Shown: one piece after another, positions 10,020-20,573 of the stretch
Numbering within the stretch: position 1 is the stretch's first letter
Layout of the letters: the number at the start of each line of letters is the position of its first letter
Origin: Faecousia sp.
Lineage (GTDB): Bacteria; Bacillota; Clostridia; Oscillospirales; Oscillospiraceae
NCBI GenBank assembly: GCA_045124575.1
Contig: JBGVMD010000011.1
Span: 25 to 64,024 of the forward strand
Length of the DNA stretch: 64,000 nucleotides
Direction of reading: 5' to 3'
Notes under the pieces: generated by a model
Seen by the model: only the letters and a program-made list of their open reading frames with translations
What the model was told of the DNA's origin: nothing
The model's database searches: none
Position numbers and translations under genes: made by a program

Positions 10020-10967
10020 ATGCCGCTGATTACCACCCAAGAAATGTTTCGCAAAGCCTATGCCGGCAATTATGCCATCGGCGCTTTTAATTTTAACGAT
10101 ATGCAGACCCTGCAGGCCATTGTGGAGGCTTGCCGGGAGGAAGCCTCTCCGGTGATCCTGCAGGTGTCCCAGGACGTTCGGGAAAACTTTGCCTACCATC
10201 GTGCCCTGATTCAGGCGGCATCGGAGCAGTTTCCCGAACTTCCCATGGCATGGCATTTGGACCACGGCAGTAGTTTTGAACTGTGTAAGGCCTGCATCGA
10301 TGGGGGTTATACCTCTGTGATGATCGATGCCAGCAGCCGTCCTTTTGAAGAAAATGTAGCCATCACTCGCCAGGTAGTGGAATATGCCCATGATCGGGGC
10401 GTTGTTGTAGAGGCGGAACTGGGAGCACTGGCCGGTGTGGAGGATGATGTGAACGTTTCTGCTGATGATGCCCGCTATACGCGTCCCGAGGAGGTAGCGG
10501 AGTTCGTTGCCCGCACCGGTTGTGACAGCCTTGCCATCGCCATCGGCACCTCCCATGGTGCCTTTAAGTTCCCGATGGGTACCAAGCCCCGCCTGCGGCT
10601 GGATCTTCTGGAGCAGATCATGGCTGCCGCACCCGGTGTGCCCATGGTGCTTCATGGTGCGTCCGGTGTGCCGGCTGAGTATGTGGAAGATATCAATGCC
10701 TTCGGCGGCAAGATGCCGGGTGCGGTGGGAATCCCGGATGAACAGCTACGACGTGCATCGGAAATGGCAGTTTGTAAGATCAACGTGGCTTCTGATCTGC
10801 GGATCGCGGCCACCGCAGCCACCCGTCGTTTTCTAACGGAACATCCGGAAAAATTTGACCCCAGAGACTATCAAAAAATGGCCCGCCTTCAGATGAAGGA
10901 ATTGGTGCGCCATAAGCTTCGCTATGTAATGGGAAGCGCCGGAAAAGCGGAGGAGGGAAGCCTGTGA
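10020..10967 (+). CDS. fba: Class II fructose-bisphosphate aldolase family enzyme
   Basis: HLDHG, SVMID, EAELG, GTSHG, VLHGAS and KIN motifs. Confidence 0.85.
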   Translation: MPLITTQEMFRKAYAGNYAIGAFNFNDMQTLQAIVEACREEASPVILQVSQDVRENFAYHRALIQAASEQFPELPMAWHLDHGSSFELCKACIDGGYTSVMIDASSRPFEENVAITRQVVEYAHDRGVVVEAELGALAGVEDDVNVSADDARYTRPEEVAEFVARTGCDSLAIAIGTSHGAFKFPMGTKPRLRLDLLEQIMAAAPGVPMVLHGASGVPAEYVEDINAFGGKMPGAVGIPDEQLRRASEMAVCKINVASDLRIAATAATRRFLTEHPEKFDPRDYQKMARLQMKELVRHKLRYVMGSAGKAEEGSL

Positions 10968-12271
10968 GCAAATATGCACCGCTGCAAACCCCTATGGGTT
11001 GGAACAGCTATGATTATTACGATACCAATGTCACCGAAGCGGATGTGCTGCGCAATGCCCGCTATATGGCCCAGCATCTGAAACCCTACGGTTGGGAGTA
11101 TGTGGTAGTGGACATCCAGTGGTATGCCTACAACACCACCTCCATGCGCCCGGAACATCAGTACATTCCCTTTGGCCGCAACGAAATGGATGCCTACGGC
11201 CGCTTGCTGCCTTGCCCGGATAAGTTTCCCTCTGCCGCTGGCGGTGCAGGTTTCCGCTTGCTGGCCGACCAGATCCACGCCATGGGCCTGAAATTCGGCA
11301 TCCACATGATGCGTGGTATTCCCCGCATGGCAGCGCATTTGCATCTGCCCATTTGCGGCACCGATGTCACAGCGGATATGGTGGCGGATCCCAGTTCCAT
11401 CTGCCCGTGGAATCCGGATATGTATGGCATCCGGGACACCGACGCCGGTCAAAAATATTACGATTCTCTGCTGCAGCTTTATGCATCCTGGGGCGTGGAT
11501 TTTATCAAATGTGACGACATCTGTGCCACCGGTCCGCATCCCCGCAAGTATGACCGCAAGCATGAGGTGGAAATGCTGCACAAAGCCATCGAAAAATGCG
11601 GAAGGCCCATCGTCCTTAGCCTTTCTCCCGGACCTGCAGCAGTGGAGGAAAGCTGGCATTACAGTCGCTATGCCAATATGTGGCGGATCACCGATGATTT
11701 CTGGGACGATTGGAAGGCTTTGCTCGATATGTTTGACCGCTGTGAAAAGTGGCAGGATCATGTGCGTCCCGGCTGCTGGCCGGATTGTGATATGCTGCCC
11801 CTGGGCCGCATCGGCAAACATTTTGGGCAGGAACGCAGCACCAATTTCACCCCGGACGAGCAAAAGACCATGATGACCCTTTGGTGCATCTTCGGCTCAC
11901 CCCTAATGCTTGGCGCGGAGCTGACACTGCTGGATGATTGGACCCTGTCCCTGCTGCAAAATCGCGCGCTTCTACACTTGCTCAGCGGCCGCTTCGTTTC
12001 CCGGCAGGTGCTGCGTGATGCGAATACCTGCATGTGGGCCTGTACGGATCCAACCACCGGGGCCTGTTATGTGGCTGTGTTCAACCTTAGTGACCATACC
12101 CGCAACATTCATCTACCCCTTGCGCAGTGCAAACATGCCTTCTCTGAGGGCTGGGCTTGGCCGGAGAGCGGGGGATGGACAGAAGTGTGGTCCGGTGAGA
12201 AAACGGTATTTTCGGATGCCATCGGCGGAGAGATTCCGCCCCACGGCGTTCTTCTCTTTCATACAAATTAA
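10964..12271 (+). CDS. GH27 glycosidase (alpha-galactosidase or beta-L-arabinopyranosidase)
   Basis: TPMGWNSYD, VVDIQW, WGVDFIKCD, WRITDDFWD and WPDCDML motifs; GTG start overlaps fba stop. Confidence 0.88.
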   Translation: MSKYAPLQTPMGWNSYDYYDTNVTEADVLRNARYMAQHLKPYGWEYVVVDIQWYAYNTTSMRPEHQYIPFGRNEMDAYGRLLPCPDKFPSAAGGAGFRLLADQIHAMGLKFGIHMMRGIPRMAAHLHLPICGTDVTADMVADPSSICPWNPDMYGIRDTDAGQKYYDSLLQLYASWGVDFIKCDDICATGPHPRKYDRKHEVEMLHKAIEKCGRPIVLSLSPGPAAVEESWHYSRYANMWRITDDFWDDWKALLDMFDRCEKWQDHVRPGCWPDCDMLPLGRIGKHFGQERSTNFTPDEQKTMMTLWCIFGSPLMLGAELTLLDDWTLSLLQNRALLHLLSGRFVSRQVLRDANTCMWACTDPTTGACYVAVFNLSDHTRNIHLPLAQCKHAFSEGWAWPESGGWTEVWSGEKTVFSDAIGGEIPPHGVLLFHTN

Positions 12272-13789
<1,518 letters not shown>

Positions 13790-13796
13790 ATTCTCT

Positions 13797-13825
13797 TTTA
13801 CGTTCTTGACATTGCGTGCTATACT
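13797..13825 (+). promoter_or_regulatory. sigma-A promoter (extended -10) of ZIP-PfkB pair
   Basis: TTTACG-17-TATACT with TG upstream of the -10. Confidence 0.5.
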
Positions 13826-13856
13826 GATACCACAGAATGTATTTAGGAGTGGTATT

Positions 13857-14612
13857 ATGCAACTTGTTTTACTGACTGCGCTGGGCGTGGGCGGTGCAAC
13901 TGTTATCGGAGCGCTGACCGGCTTTTGCTTTAAGAGCCTTTCCCATAAACTCAGTGACATTGTTCTTTCTTTCGCCGCCGGCGTTATGTTGGCTGCGGCA
14001 ATCTTGGGCCTGATCCTGCCGTCTTTGGAATATGGCGGGGATTGGGGCATTCTCGTGACCATCGCCGGCATTTTTATTGGTGCCCTATGCTTGAATTTGG
14101 TGGATAAACTGGTGCCCCACCTGCATCGCCTGGCAGGTGCTGATAACGAAGCCCATAGCAGAAATGCCAAACTCAGCAAAGTATTGCTGTTTGTCACCGC
14201 CATCGCCATCCATAATCTGCCCGAGGGCATTGCGGCCGGTGTAGGATTTGGTTCCGGCAATACATCTGATGCCTTGCTGATTGCAGGCGGCATTGCCCTG
14301 CAAAATATTCCCGAGGGTATGGTCATTATTGGACCCATGCTGTCAGCCGGGGTCAGCCCCAAACGTACCTTTCTCATCGCCATGCTCACCGGACTGGTGG
14401 AAGTGGTGGGTACGCTGCTGGGTTATTTTGCTGTCAGCATCGCAGCCGTTATTCTGCCCTTTGCATTGGCCTTTGCCGGTGGTACCATGCTCTATGTTAT
14501 CAGCGATGAAATGATCCCTGAGACCCATGCCCATGGCCAGCAGCGGGGCGCTACCTATGCACTTTTGGTGGGCTTTTGTCTGATGCTATTGTCGGATGTT
14601 CTCTTGGCATAA
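13857..14612 (+). CDS. ZIP family metal (zinc) transporter, ZupT/GufA-like
   Basis: FAAGVML, IHNLPEG, QNIPEG and EMIPE motifs; hydrophobic helices; RBS AGGAG. Confidence 0.92.
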   Translation: MQLVLLTALGVGGATVIGALTGFCFKSLSHKLSDIVLSFAAGVMLAAAILGLILPSLEYGGDWGILVTIAGIFIGALCLNLVDKLVPHLHRLAGADNEAHSRNAKLSKVLLFVTAIAIHNLPEGIAAGVGFGSGNTSDALLIAGGIALQNIPEGMVIIGPMLSAGVSPKRTFLIAMLTGLVEVVGTLLGYFAVSIAAVILPFALAFAGGTMLYVISDEMIPETHAHGQQRGATYALLVGFCLMLLSDVLLA

Positions 14613-14635
14613 AAACAGTTTGAAGGAGAAATGAT

Positions 14636-15568
14636 ATGGGAATTGTTGTAATTGGCGCTGTTTTTGTCGATATTAAGGGCTATCCGGAGGATGTTTATAT
14701 TCCTGCAGGACGAAATGTGGGCAGGGTAGAGCAGGTGCATGGCGGTGTTGGTCGCAACATTGCCGAGGATATTGCCAATGTTGAGCTGCGCCCCACCTTT
14801 GTTTCCTTGGTGGATGTGGGCGGCATCGGCGCCGATGTGGTGCGGAAACTGTCCTCCCATAAAGTCAATACCGACTATATCCGAGCTGTTCCCGATGGCA
14901 TGGGCACCTGGCTGGCGGTCTTTGAAAACGACGGTGACGTGGTGGCCTCCATTTCCAAACGCCCGAATCTGATGCCCATTGCGGACATTCTGGATGAGCA
15001 TGGCGACGAGATTTTTTCCAATGCGGACAGCATCATCGTAGAGCTGGATATGGATAAGGAGATCATCAAGCGGGTATTCAAGCTGGCGCAAAAGCATAGC
15101 AAGAAGATCTACGCCGCCGTTGCCAACATCTCCATCGCCGCCGAGCGCCGGGATTTTCTGCAAAGCGTGGATTGCTTTGTGTGCAATCAGCAGGAGGTAG
15201 GCATTCTCTTTTCGGATGACTATTCCGACCTGGATGCTGCCGAGTTGGAGCAGATCCTCCGGGAAAAGGTAGTCCGTGCCCAGATCCCTGCCATGATTGT
15301 TACCATGGGCGACAAGGGTGCTGTCTATGCAGATATGCAGGGAAGAAGCGGTTTCTGCCCGGCTCGACGTGTCAAGGTAAAGGATACCACCGGTGCCGGT
15401 GATGCTTTCTGTGCCGGCGTTGTCATCGGTCTGACCTATGGAAAAAACATGGCCCAGGCCTGTGAGATCGGCGCCCATTTGGCGGCGTCCGTCATCACAA
15501 CCGGTGAAAATGTGTGTCCCCGTTTCCTACCTCAGGAACTGGGTCTTGACATTGACGTGGCGGACTAA
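14636..15568 (+). CDS. PfkB-family kinase (ribokinase/pseudouridine-kinase-like)
   Basis: GGVGRNIAE, NQQE and DTTGAGDAF motifs. Confidence 0.82.
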   Translation: MGIVVIGAVFVDIKGYPEDVYIPAGRNVGRVEQVHGGVGRNIAEDIANVELRPTFVSLVDVGGIGADVVRKLSSHKVNTDYIRAVPDGMGTWLAVFENDGDVVASISKRPNLMPIADILDEHGDEIFSNADSIIVELDMDKEIIKRVFKLAQKHSKKIYAAVANISIAAERRDFLQSVDCFVCNQQEVGILFSDDYSDLDAAELEQILREKVVRAQIPAMIVTMGDKGAVYADMQGRSGFCPARRVKVKDTTGAGDAFCAGVVIGLTYGKNMAQACEIGAHLAASVITTGENVCPRFLPQELGLDIDVAD

Positions 15569-15571
15569 ATG

Positions 15572-15604
15572 AAAAAAGCGAGTGGCTCAGCCACTCGCTT
15601 TTTT
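15572..15604. terminator. Bidirectional intrinsic terminator
   Basis: AAAAAA-GCGAGTGG-ctcag-CCACTCGC-TTTTTT between the convergent kinase gene and tRNA. Confidence 0.85.
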
Positions 15605-15680
15605 GGCACACCAGAAGGAACTTGAATCCCCGACCTTCCGCTTAGGAGGCGGACGCTCTATCCAACTGAGCTACTGGTGC
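15604..15680 (-). tRNA. tRNA-Arg (anticodon CCT)
   Basis: Reverse complement folds as a cloverleaf GCACCAG...CTCCTAA...TTCAAGT...CTGGTGTGCCA with encoded CCA; upstream TTGACA-17-TACAAT promoter at 15694-15722. Confidence 0.93.
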
Positions 15681-15773
15681 GTATTGCCTTGCTATTGTAG
15701 CCAAATTTTTGGCTTCTGTCAATCAAATTTGCTTCTTTTTTGCGCTGAATAGGGAAGAATGGGAAAATTCCTC

Positions 15774-15802
15774 TTTACAATGCTATCTTTTTCGGCTATA
15801 AT
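15774..15802 (+). promoter_or_regulatory. sigma-A promoter of prfB
   Basis: TTTACA-17-TATAAT. Confidence 0.7.
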
Positions 15803-15835
15803 ATTTCAGAATGTCTTACTATGGAGAAAAATGCC

Positions 15836-16960
15836 ATGAATATTGAATTTGACAGCTACAAGCAAAAACTGAATGACTGCCGCCCCGCACTGGATGGTTT
15901 GGCAGACTCTCTGAATATTACCGGTCTGCGCAATGAACTGGAGCGTCTGCAGGCCATGCAGGAAGCCCCCGGCTTCTGGGATGACCCGGACAAGAGCCAG
16001 AAGATCGTGGTCAAGGTCAAGCAGACCGAGCACAAGGTGGAGCGCTATGAGAAGATGTGCGCCTCCTGGGACGATTTGATGACCATTTGCGAAATGGCCA
16101 TTGAGGAAGACGACGACTCCATGCTGGATGAGCTGAAGGAAGGTTACCAGGCCTTGGTGGAAGAAATGGAAACCTGCCGCCTGGAGACGCTGCTCACCGG
16201 TAAGTATGACCGCAACAACGCCATTATGAGCTTCCAGGCCGGTGCCGGCGGCACTGAGGCCCAGGACTGGTGCCAGATGCTGTACCGTATGTACACCCGC
16301 TGGACCGAGCGCAGCGGCTTTGACTATCAGATTTTGGACTATCAGGAAGGCGACGAAGCGGGCCTTAAGTCTGCTTCCATCCTCATTACCGGCGAAAATG
16401 CTTACGGCTTCCTGAAGGGCGAAAACGGTGTCCACCGTCTGGTCCGCGTTTCTCCCTTTGATGCCAATGCCCGCCGCCAGACCTCTTTCTCTGCCATTGA
16501 AGTCATCCCCGAGATCGAAGATGATTCCGAGGACTTCGAGATCCGTCCCGAGGATTATGAGATGCAGGTTTACCGTTCCTCCGGTGCCGGTGGTCAGAAG
16601 GTTAACAAGACCTCTTCCGCTGTTCGTTTGATCCACAAGTCCGGTATCGTAGTTTCTTGTCAGACCGAGCGTAGCCAGTTCCAAAACAAGGAAACCTGTC
16701 TTCGTATGCTGCGCTCCAAGCTGGTGGAAATCCGTGAGCGCGAGCATCTTGCCAACATTGCCGACATCAAGGGCGTCCAGCAGAAAATCGAGTGGGGCAG
16801 CCAGATCCGCAACTATGTCTTTATGCCCTATACCCTGGTCAAGGATACCCGTACCGGCTGCGAAACTTCTAATGTCAACGGTGTCATGGACGGCGCACTG
16901 GATCCCTTCATCGAGGCATACCTCAATTGCCTCGCCAGCGGCAATTGGGTCACAAAGTAA
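15836..16960 (+). CDS. prfB: Peptide chain release factor 2 (continuous ORF)
   Basis: GGTEAQDW, HRLVRVSPF (SPF anticodon mimic), GAGGQ and WGSQIRNY motifs; GGAG upstream of ATG 15836. Confidence 0.97.
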   Translation: MNIEFDSYKQKLNDCRPALDGLADSLNITGLRNELERLQAMQEAPGFWDDPDKSQKIVVKVKQTEHKVERYEKMCASWDDLMTICEMAIEEDDDSMLDELKEGYQALVEEMETCRLETLLTGKYDRNNAIMSFQAGAGGTEAQDWCQMLYRMYTRWTERSGFDYQILDYQEGDEAGLKSASILITGENAYGFLKGENGVHRLVRVSPFDANARRQTSFSAIEVIPEIEDDSEDFEIRPEDYEMQVYRSSGAGGQKVNKTSSAVRLIHKSGIVVSCQTERSQFQNKETCLRMLRSKLVEIREREHLANIADIKGVQQKIEWGSQIRNYVFMPYTLVKDTRTGCETSNVNGVMDGALDPFIEAYLNCLASGNWVTK

Positions 16961-16992
16961 GCTGAATTTGTAAAAAAGTCCCGTTTTGGGGC

Positions 16993-17021
16993 TTGCAATC
17001 TGAAAAAAACCGTGGTATAAT
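16993..17021 (+). promoter_or_regulatory. sigma-A promoter of secG
   Basis: TTGCAA-17-TATAAT with TG extension. Confidence 0.7.
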
Positions 17022-17118
17022 ACTTGGGCTGTTTATATGCCGCTACTTTTTGGCGGTGAATATTTCGTTTTTATCCGCATTACGCAGCGTCAGCTGAGCG
17101 CGGAGGGAGGTATAGCAA

Positions 17119-17352
17119 ATGGAAATCGTCAAGTATGTTCTGATCGCTTTGGAAGTTCTGGCCAGCATCGCTCTGGTTCTGGTGGTTCTGATGCAGACCG
17201 GTAAGGAAGCTGGTCTGGGCGCCATCGCTGGCAATGCCGACACCTACATGGGCAAGAACAAGGGTAACACCATGGAGCAGAAGCTGGCTTCTGCCACCAA
17301 GTGGGTCGCTCTGGTTTGGCTTGTCCTGACCCTGGCTCTGAACCTGGTCTGA
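17119..17352 (+). CDS. secG: Preprotein translocase subunit SecG
   Basis: 77 aa; two TM helices flanking LMQTGKEAGLGAIAG; RBS GGAGG. Confidence 0.92.
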   Translation: MEIVKYVLIALEVLASIALVLVVLMQTGKEAGLGAIAGNADTYMGKNKGNTMEQKLASATKWVALVWLVLTLALNLV

Positions 17353-17361
17353 TTATTGAGT

Positions 17362-17392
17362 AAAAACCACAGGAGTTTCCTGTGGTTTTTAT
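17362..17392 (+). terminator. Intrinsic terminator after secG
   Basis: AAAACCACAGG-agttt-CCTGTGGTTTT. Confidence 0.8.
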
Positions 17393-17458
17393 TTTTTCAT
17401 AGACATTCCTGGTTTGCTGTGCTAGAATAAAGCAAACAACAAAAAGGAGAGTGCTGTT

Positions 17459-18901
17459 ATGAATCCTATGAAGCTGGCAGGTCTTCAGCCTGCTACCGTA
17501 TTCGGCTATTTTGAGGAAATCTGCTCCATGCCCCATGGCTCCGGCAACACCAAGATCATTAGTGATTATCTGGTAAATTTTGCCAAGGAGCAGGATCTGC
17601 GATACATCCAGGACGAACTGAATAATGTGATCATTTTTGTCCCCGGCACCGGTGATAAGGTAGACCATGACCCTGTCATCATTCAGGGCCATATGGACAT
17701 GGTCTGCGAAAAGGATGCCGATTGCCCCATCGATATGGATACCCAGGGCCTTGACATCACCCACGACGGAAATTACATCTTTGCCAACGGTACCACCCTG
17801 GGTGGCGATGACGGCATCGCTGTGGCCTTTGCCATGGCGCTGGCGGCTGATAAGTCCATCGTCCATCCTCCGCTGGAACTGGTCATTACTGTCGACGAGG
17901 AAACCGGTATGTACGGCGCTGCCGGCATCGACCTTTCTATGCTGAAGGGCAGAATGCTTCTGAACATCGACTCCGAGGAGGAGGGCATTTTCACCGTTTC
18001 CTGCGCCGGCGGCGCTCGTTCCACCATCCGTGTGCCCGTCACCCGTAAGCCTGTCTACGGCCCCTGTGTCCGCCTGGTGGTCAAGGATCTGCAGGGCGGT
18101 CACTCCGGCGTGGAGATCCACAAGAACCGTGCCAACGCCACCAAGGTCATGGGCGAGTACCTCCGCCGTATCAGCGAAAAGATGCCCCTGGCGCTGACTG
18201 CTTTCGGCGGCGGCTCCAAGGATAATGCCATTCCCCGCAGCTGTGAAGCTACCTTTGTTGCATTGGGTAACCAGCTGGAATTCATCAACGATATTGCGGC
18301 CGACCTGCAGGCCGAGATCCGCGCCAATTATGCTGAACCGGAAGCTGTGGTGGAAGCCTATAATGTGGACGCCATGGGCGGCAACGCCGTTTCCGTTGAG
18401 GACAGCAAGAAGCTGATTGAACTGGTGTGCACCGTTCCCAATTCCGTCCAGGCCATGAGCCAGCAGATTCCGGGTCTGGTGCAGACCAGCCTGAATCTGG
18501 GCATCTCCAAGCTGGAGCAGGAGCTGAAGCTGACCTTCTCCGTCCGTAGCTCTGTCAATCAGGAAAAGCAGGATCTGCTGACCCAGCTCCGTGCCATTGC
18601 CGATCAGTTCGGCGGCAGCTACAGCCAGACCGGCGAGTACCCCGCTTGGGAGTATAAGGAAGATTCCCTCCTGCGGGACACTATGGTAAAAGTCTATGCC
18701 GATATGTATGGCAAGCAGGCAGAAGTGGTTGCCATCCACGCTGGCTTGGAATGCGGCCTGCTGGGCGAGAAGCTGCCCGGCTTGGACGCCGTTTCCATCG
18801 GCCCGGAGATGCACGACATCCACACCAGCCGTGAGCGCCTGGGCATCGCCTCTGTGGGCCGCACCTGGGAGTTCGTTCTGGAAATCCTCAAAGCCCTGTA
18901 A
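17459..18901 (+). CDS. pepD: Aminoacyl-histidine dipeptidase (M20 family)
   Basis: QGHMDMV, TTLGGDDG, DEE, GGHSG, HAGLECG and IHT motifs. Confidence 0.93.
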   Translation: MNPMKLAGLQPATVFGYFEEICSMPHGSGNTKIISDYLVNFAKEQDLRYIQDELNNVIIFVPGTGDKVDHDPVIIQGHMDMVCEKDADCPIDMDTQGLDITHDGNYIFANGTTLGGDDGIAVAFAMALAADKSIVHPPLELVITVDEETGMYGAAGIDLSMLKGRMLLNIDSEEEGIFTVSCAGGARSTIRVPVTRKPVYGPCVRLVVKDLQGGHSGVEIHKNRANATKVMGEYLRRISEKMPLALTAFGGGSKDNAIPRSCEATFVALGNQLEFINDIAADLQAEIRANYAEPEAVVEAYNVDAMGGNAVSVEDSKKLIELVCTVPNSVQAMSQQIPGLVQTSLNLGISKLEQELKLTFSVRSSVNQEKQDLLTQLRAIADQFGGSYSQTGEYPAWEYKEDSLLRDTMVKVYADMYGKQAEVVAIHAGLECGLLGEKLPGLDAVSIGPEMHDIHTSRERLGIASVGRTWEFVLEILKAL

Positions 18902-18907
18902 TACCCC

Positions 18908-18939
18908 ATCGGATGCACCGCCCGGTGCATCCGATTTTT
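18908..18939 (+). terminator. Intrinsic terminator after pepD
   Basis: ATCGGATGCACC-gccc-GGTGCATCCGAT followed by T-tract. Confidence 0.8.
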
Positions 18940-18940
18940 C

Positions 18941-18969
18941 GCATATGCACCCCTTTGCTTGAATACAGT
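18941..18969 (+). promoter_or_regulatory. Candidate sigma-E (mother cell) promoter
   Basis: GCATA-16-AATACAGT resembles the sigma-E ATA...CATACAnT pattern; precedes a spoVB-like gene. Confidence 0.45.
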
Positions 18970-18994
18970 GGTTAGCAGGGGAGGGCCTAATCGT

Positions 18995-20494
18995 ATGAAA
19001 AAACTTCCAATCTTCTATAACGCCCTGATGCTCACCGGGGTCAATCTCTTGCTGCGGCTGGTCTCCACCTCTTTCCAGGTCTTTATCTCCGGTCGCATTG
19101 GGGCAGGGGGCGTTGGCCTGCTGCAATTGGTGCTGACTGTGGGGACCATGTCCATGACGGCCGGAATTGCAGGTATTCGTACGGCTACCATGTATCTGAC
19201 GGCAGAGGAGTTGGGCAAAAAACGACCTGAGAATGTCACCTGGGTCCTCTCTGGTTGTGTGCTCTACAGCTTGATCTTTAGCCTGAGTGTGGGACTGCTG
19301 GTATATACCCTTGCGCCCCAAATTGCCAATCTGTGGATCGGTGATAGTCGCACCGTGGGTGCCATCCGCTTATTTGGAGCATTTCTTCCTGTCAGCTGCC
19401 TCAGCGGTGTGATGATCGGCTATTTCACTGCCGCAAATCGAATTGCAACCCTGGCAGCCGTGGAGGTGATGGAACAAACTTGTTCCATGGCAGTGACCGC
19501 CGGTGCTTTGGTGTTCTGGGCAGGGAAAGATATCGGACGAGCCTGCCAGGCTGTGGTGCTGGGCGGGTGCGTCGGAAGCTGCTTGACATTATGCAGTCTC
19601 ACCATCCTGCGGCTACTGGAACGGGCAAAGACAGGCCCCCATATTCCGGTGGCACACCGCCTAACCGCTATTGCGCTGCCTCTGGCCCTAGCAGACGATT
19701 TAAAGGTGGGTATTACTACGGCAGAGAATCTGATGGTGCCCAAACGTCTGACCTTGCACAGCGGTGCAGACGGCGCCTTGGCGCAGTTTGGCACGGTCTG
19801 CGGCATGGTGTTCCCGGTGCTGATGTTTCCGGCGGCCATCCTCTATGGCCTTGCTGATCTTCTGATTCCGGAAATGGCCCGCTGTAACGCCGCAAACAGC
19901 CGAACCCGCATCCGTTATCTGGCCCGACGCAGTTTGCGTTTAGCACTTTTTTACGGTGTGGCATGCGGCGGAGCCATGTTCCTTCTGGCAGAAGATTTAG
20001 GTATGCTGCTCTACAAAAGTGGCGAAGCAGGGGAGTACCTGCGCTGGTTTGCCCTTCTCGTACCCATGCTCTATTGCGATGCTGTGATCGATGCCATGAA
20101 TAAGGGCTTGGGTAAGCAGCGTGTCTGCGTTCGCATCAATATCTTCACTTCTATCATGGATCTTGTGGGACTCTATTTTTTGCTACCGGGGCTGGGCATG
20201 AAGGGCTATTTTATTAGCTTCCTTTTAAGTCACGCGGTAAATGCGCTGCTAAGCGTCGCCCTCCTGCTGAAAACCACCGGTTTGCATGTTTCTGTTTCTG
20301 TTCCAATTCTAACCGTGGTGGCCATGATGGGTGGTATCTGGTGTGCTGGTTTTGCACCGTATTCTGCCATGAAAGCCATGGTTTTTCTGATTTTATCTTT
20401 CTTCGCTCTCTATATTTTTGGCATTTTGTATCCGGAAGATGGACGATGGCTATGGAGCTTAATGGACCTGCGAAAAAAGAAAGAAAAAACTTGA
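18995..20494 (+). CDS. SpoVB/MurJ-like MOP-superfamily flippase
   Basis: Many TM segments; IGAGGVGL.QL, GMVFPVLMFP and GLGKQ motifs typical of SpoVB. Confidence 0.75.
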   Translation: MKKLPIFYNALMLTGVNLLLRLVSTSFQVFISGRIGAGGVGLLQLVLTVGTMSMTAGIAGIRTATMYLTAEELGKKRPENVTWVLSGCVLYSLIFSLSVGLLVYTLAPQIANLWIGDSRTVGAIRLFGAFLPVSCLSGVMIGYFTAANRIATLAAVEVMEQTCSMAVTAGALVFWAGKDIGRACQAVVLGGCVGSCLTLCSLTILRLLERAKTGPHIPVAHRLTAIALPLALADDLKVGITTAENLMVPKRLTLHSGADGALAQFGTVCGMVFPVLMFPAAILYGLADLLIPEMARCNAANSRTRIRYLARRSLRLALFYGVACGGAMFLLAEDLGMLLYKSGEAGEYLRWFALLVPMLYCDAVIDAMNKGLGKQRVCVRINIFTSIMDLVGLYFLLPGLGMKGYFISFLLSHAVNALLSVALLLKTTGLHVSVSVPILTVVAMMGGIWCAGFAPYSAMKAMVFLILSFFALYIFGILYPEDGRWLWSLMDLRKKKEKT

Positions 20495-20512
20495 TTTTTT
20501 GCAAAATAACAT

Positions 20513-20541
20513 TTGACAAATGAGAAGAAATCCTATATAAT
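20513..20541 (+). promoter_or_regulatory. Consensus sigma-A promoter of yceD-rpmF
   Basis: TTGACA-17-TATAAT. Confidence 0.85.
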
Positions 20542-20573
20542 ACCTAAGCACGACTGTGAAGAAGGGGGATACT

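Noticed and set aside
13806-13825. TTGACA and TATACT as a promoter pair
   Set aside because: Only 8 nt apart; the TATACT pairs better with TTTACG 17 nt upstream.
17022-17118. Hairpins in the ~90-nt secG leader as a possible riboswitch
   Set aside because: No recognisable aptamer motif or expression platform by eye; an Rfam/Infernal scan would be needed.
17129-19321. 730-aa minus-strand ORF and many other long antisense ORFs (e.g. 5998-7380, 21456-22670, 45390-46715, 53905-55188)
   Set aside because: They are shadows of well-supported genes on the opposite strand, as expected from codon bias in GC-rich DNA. They lack an RBS and recognisable motifs.
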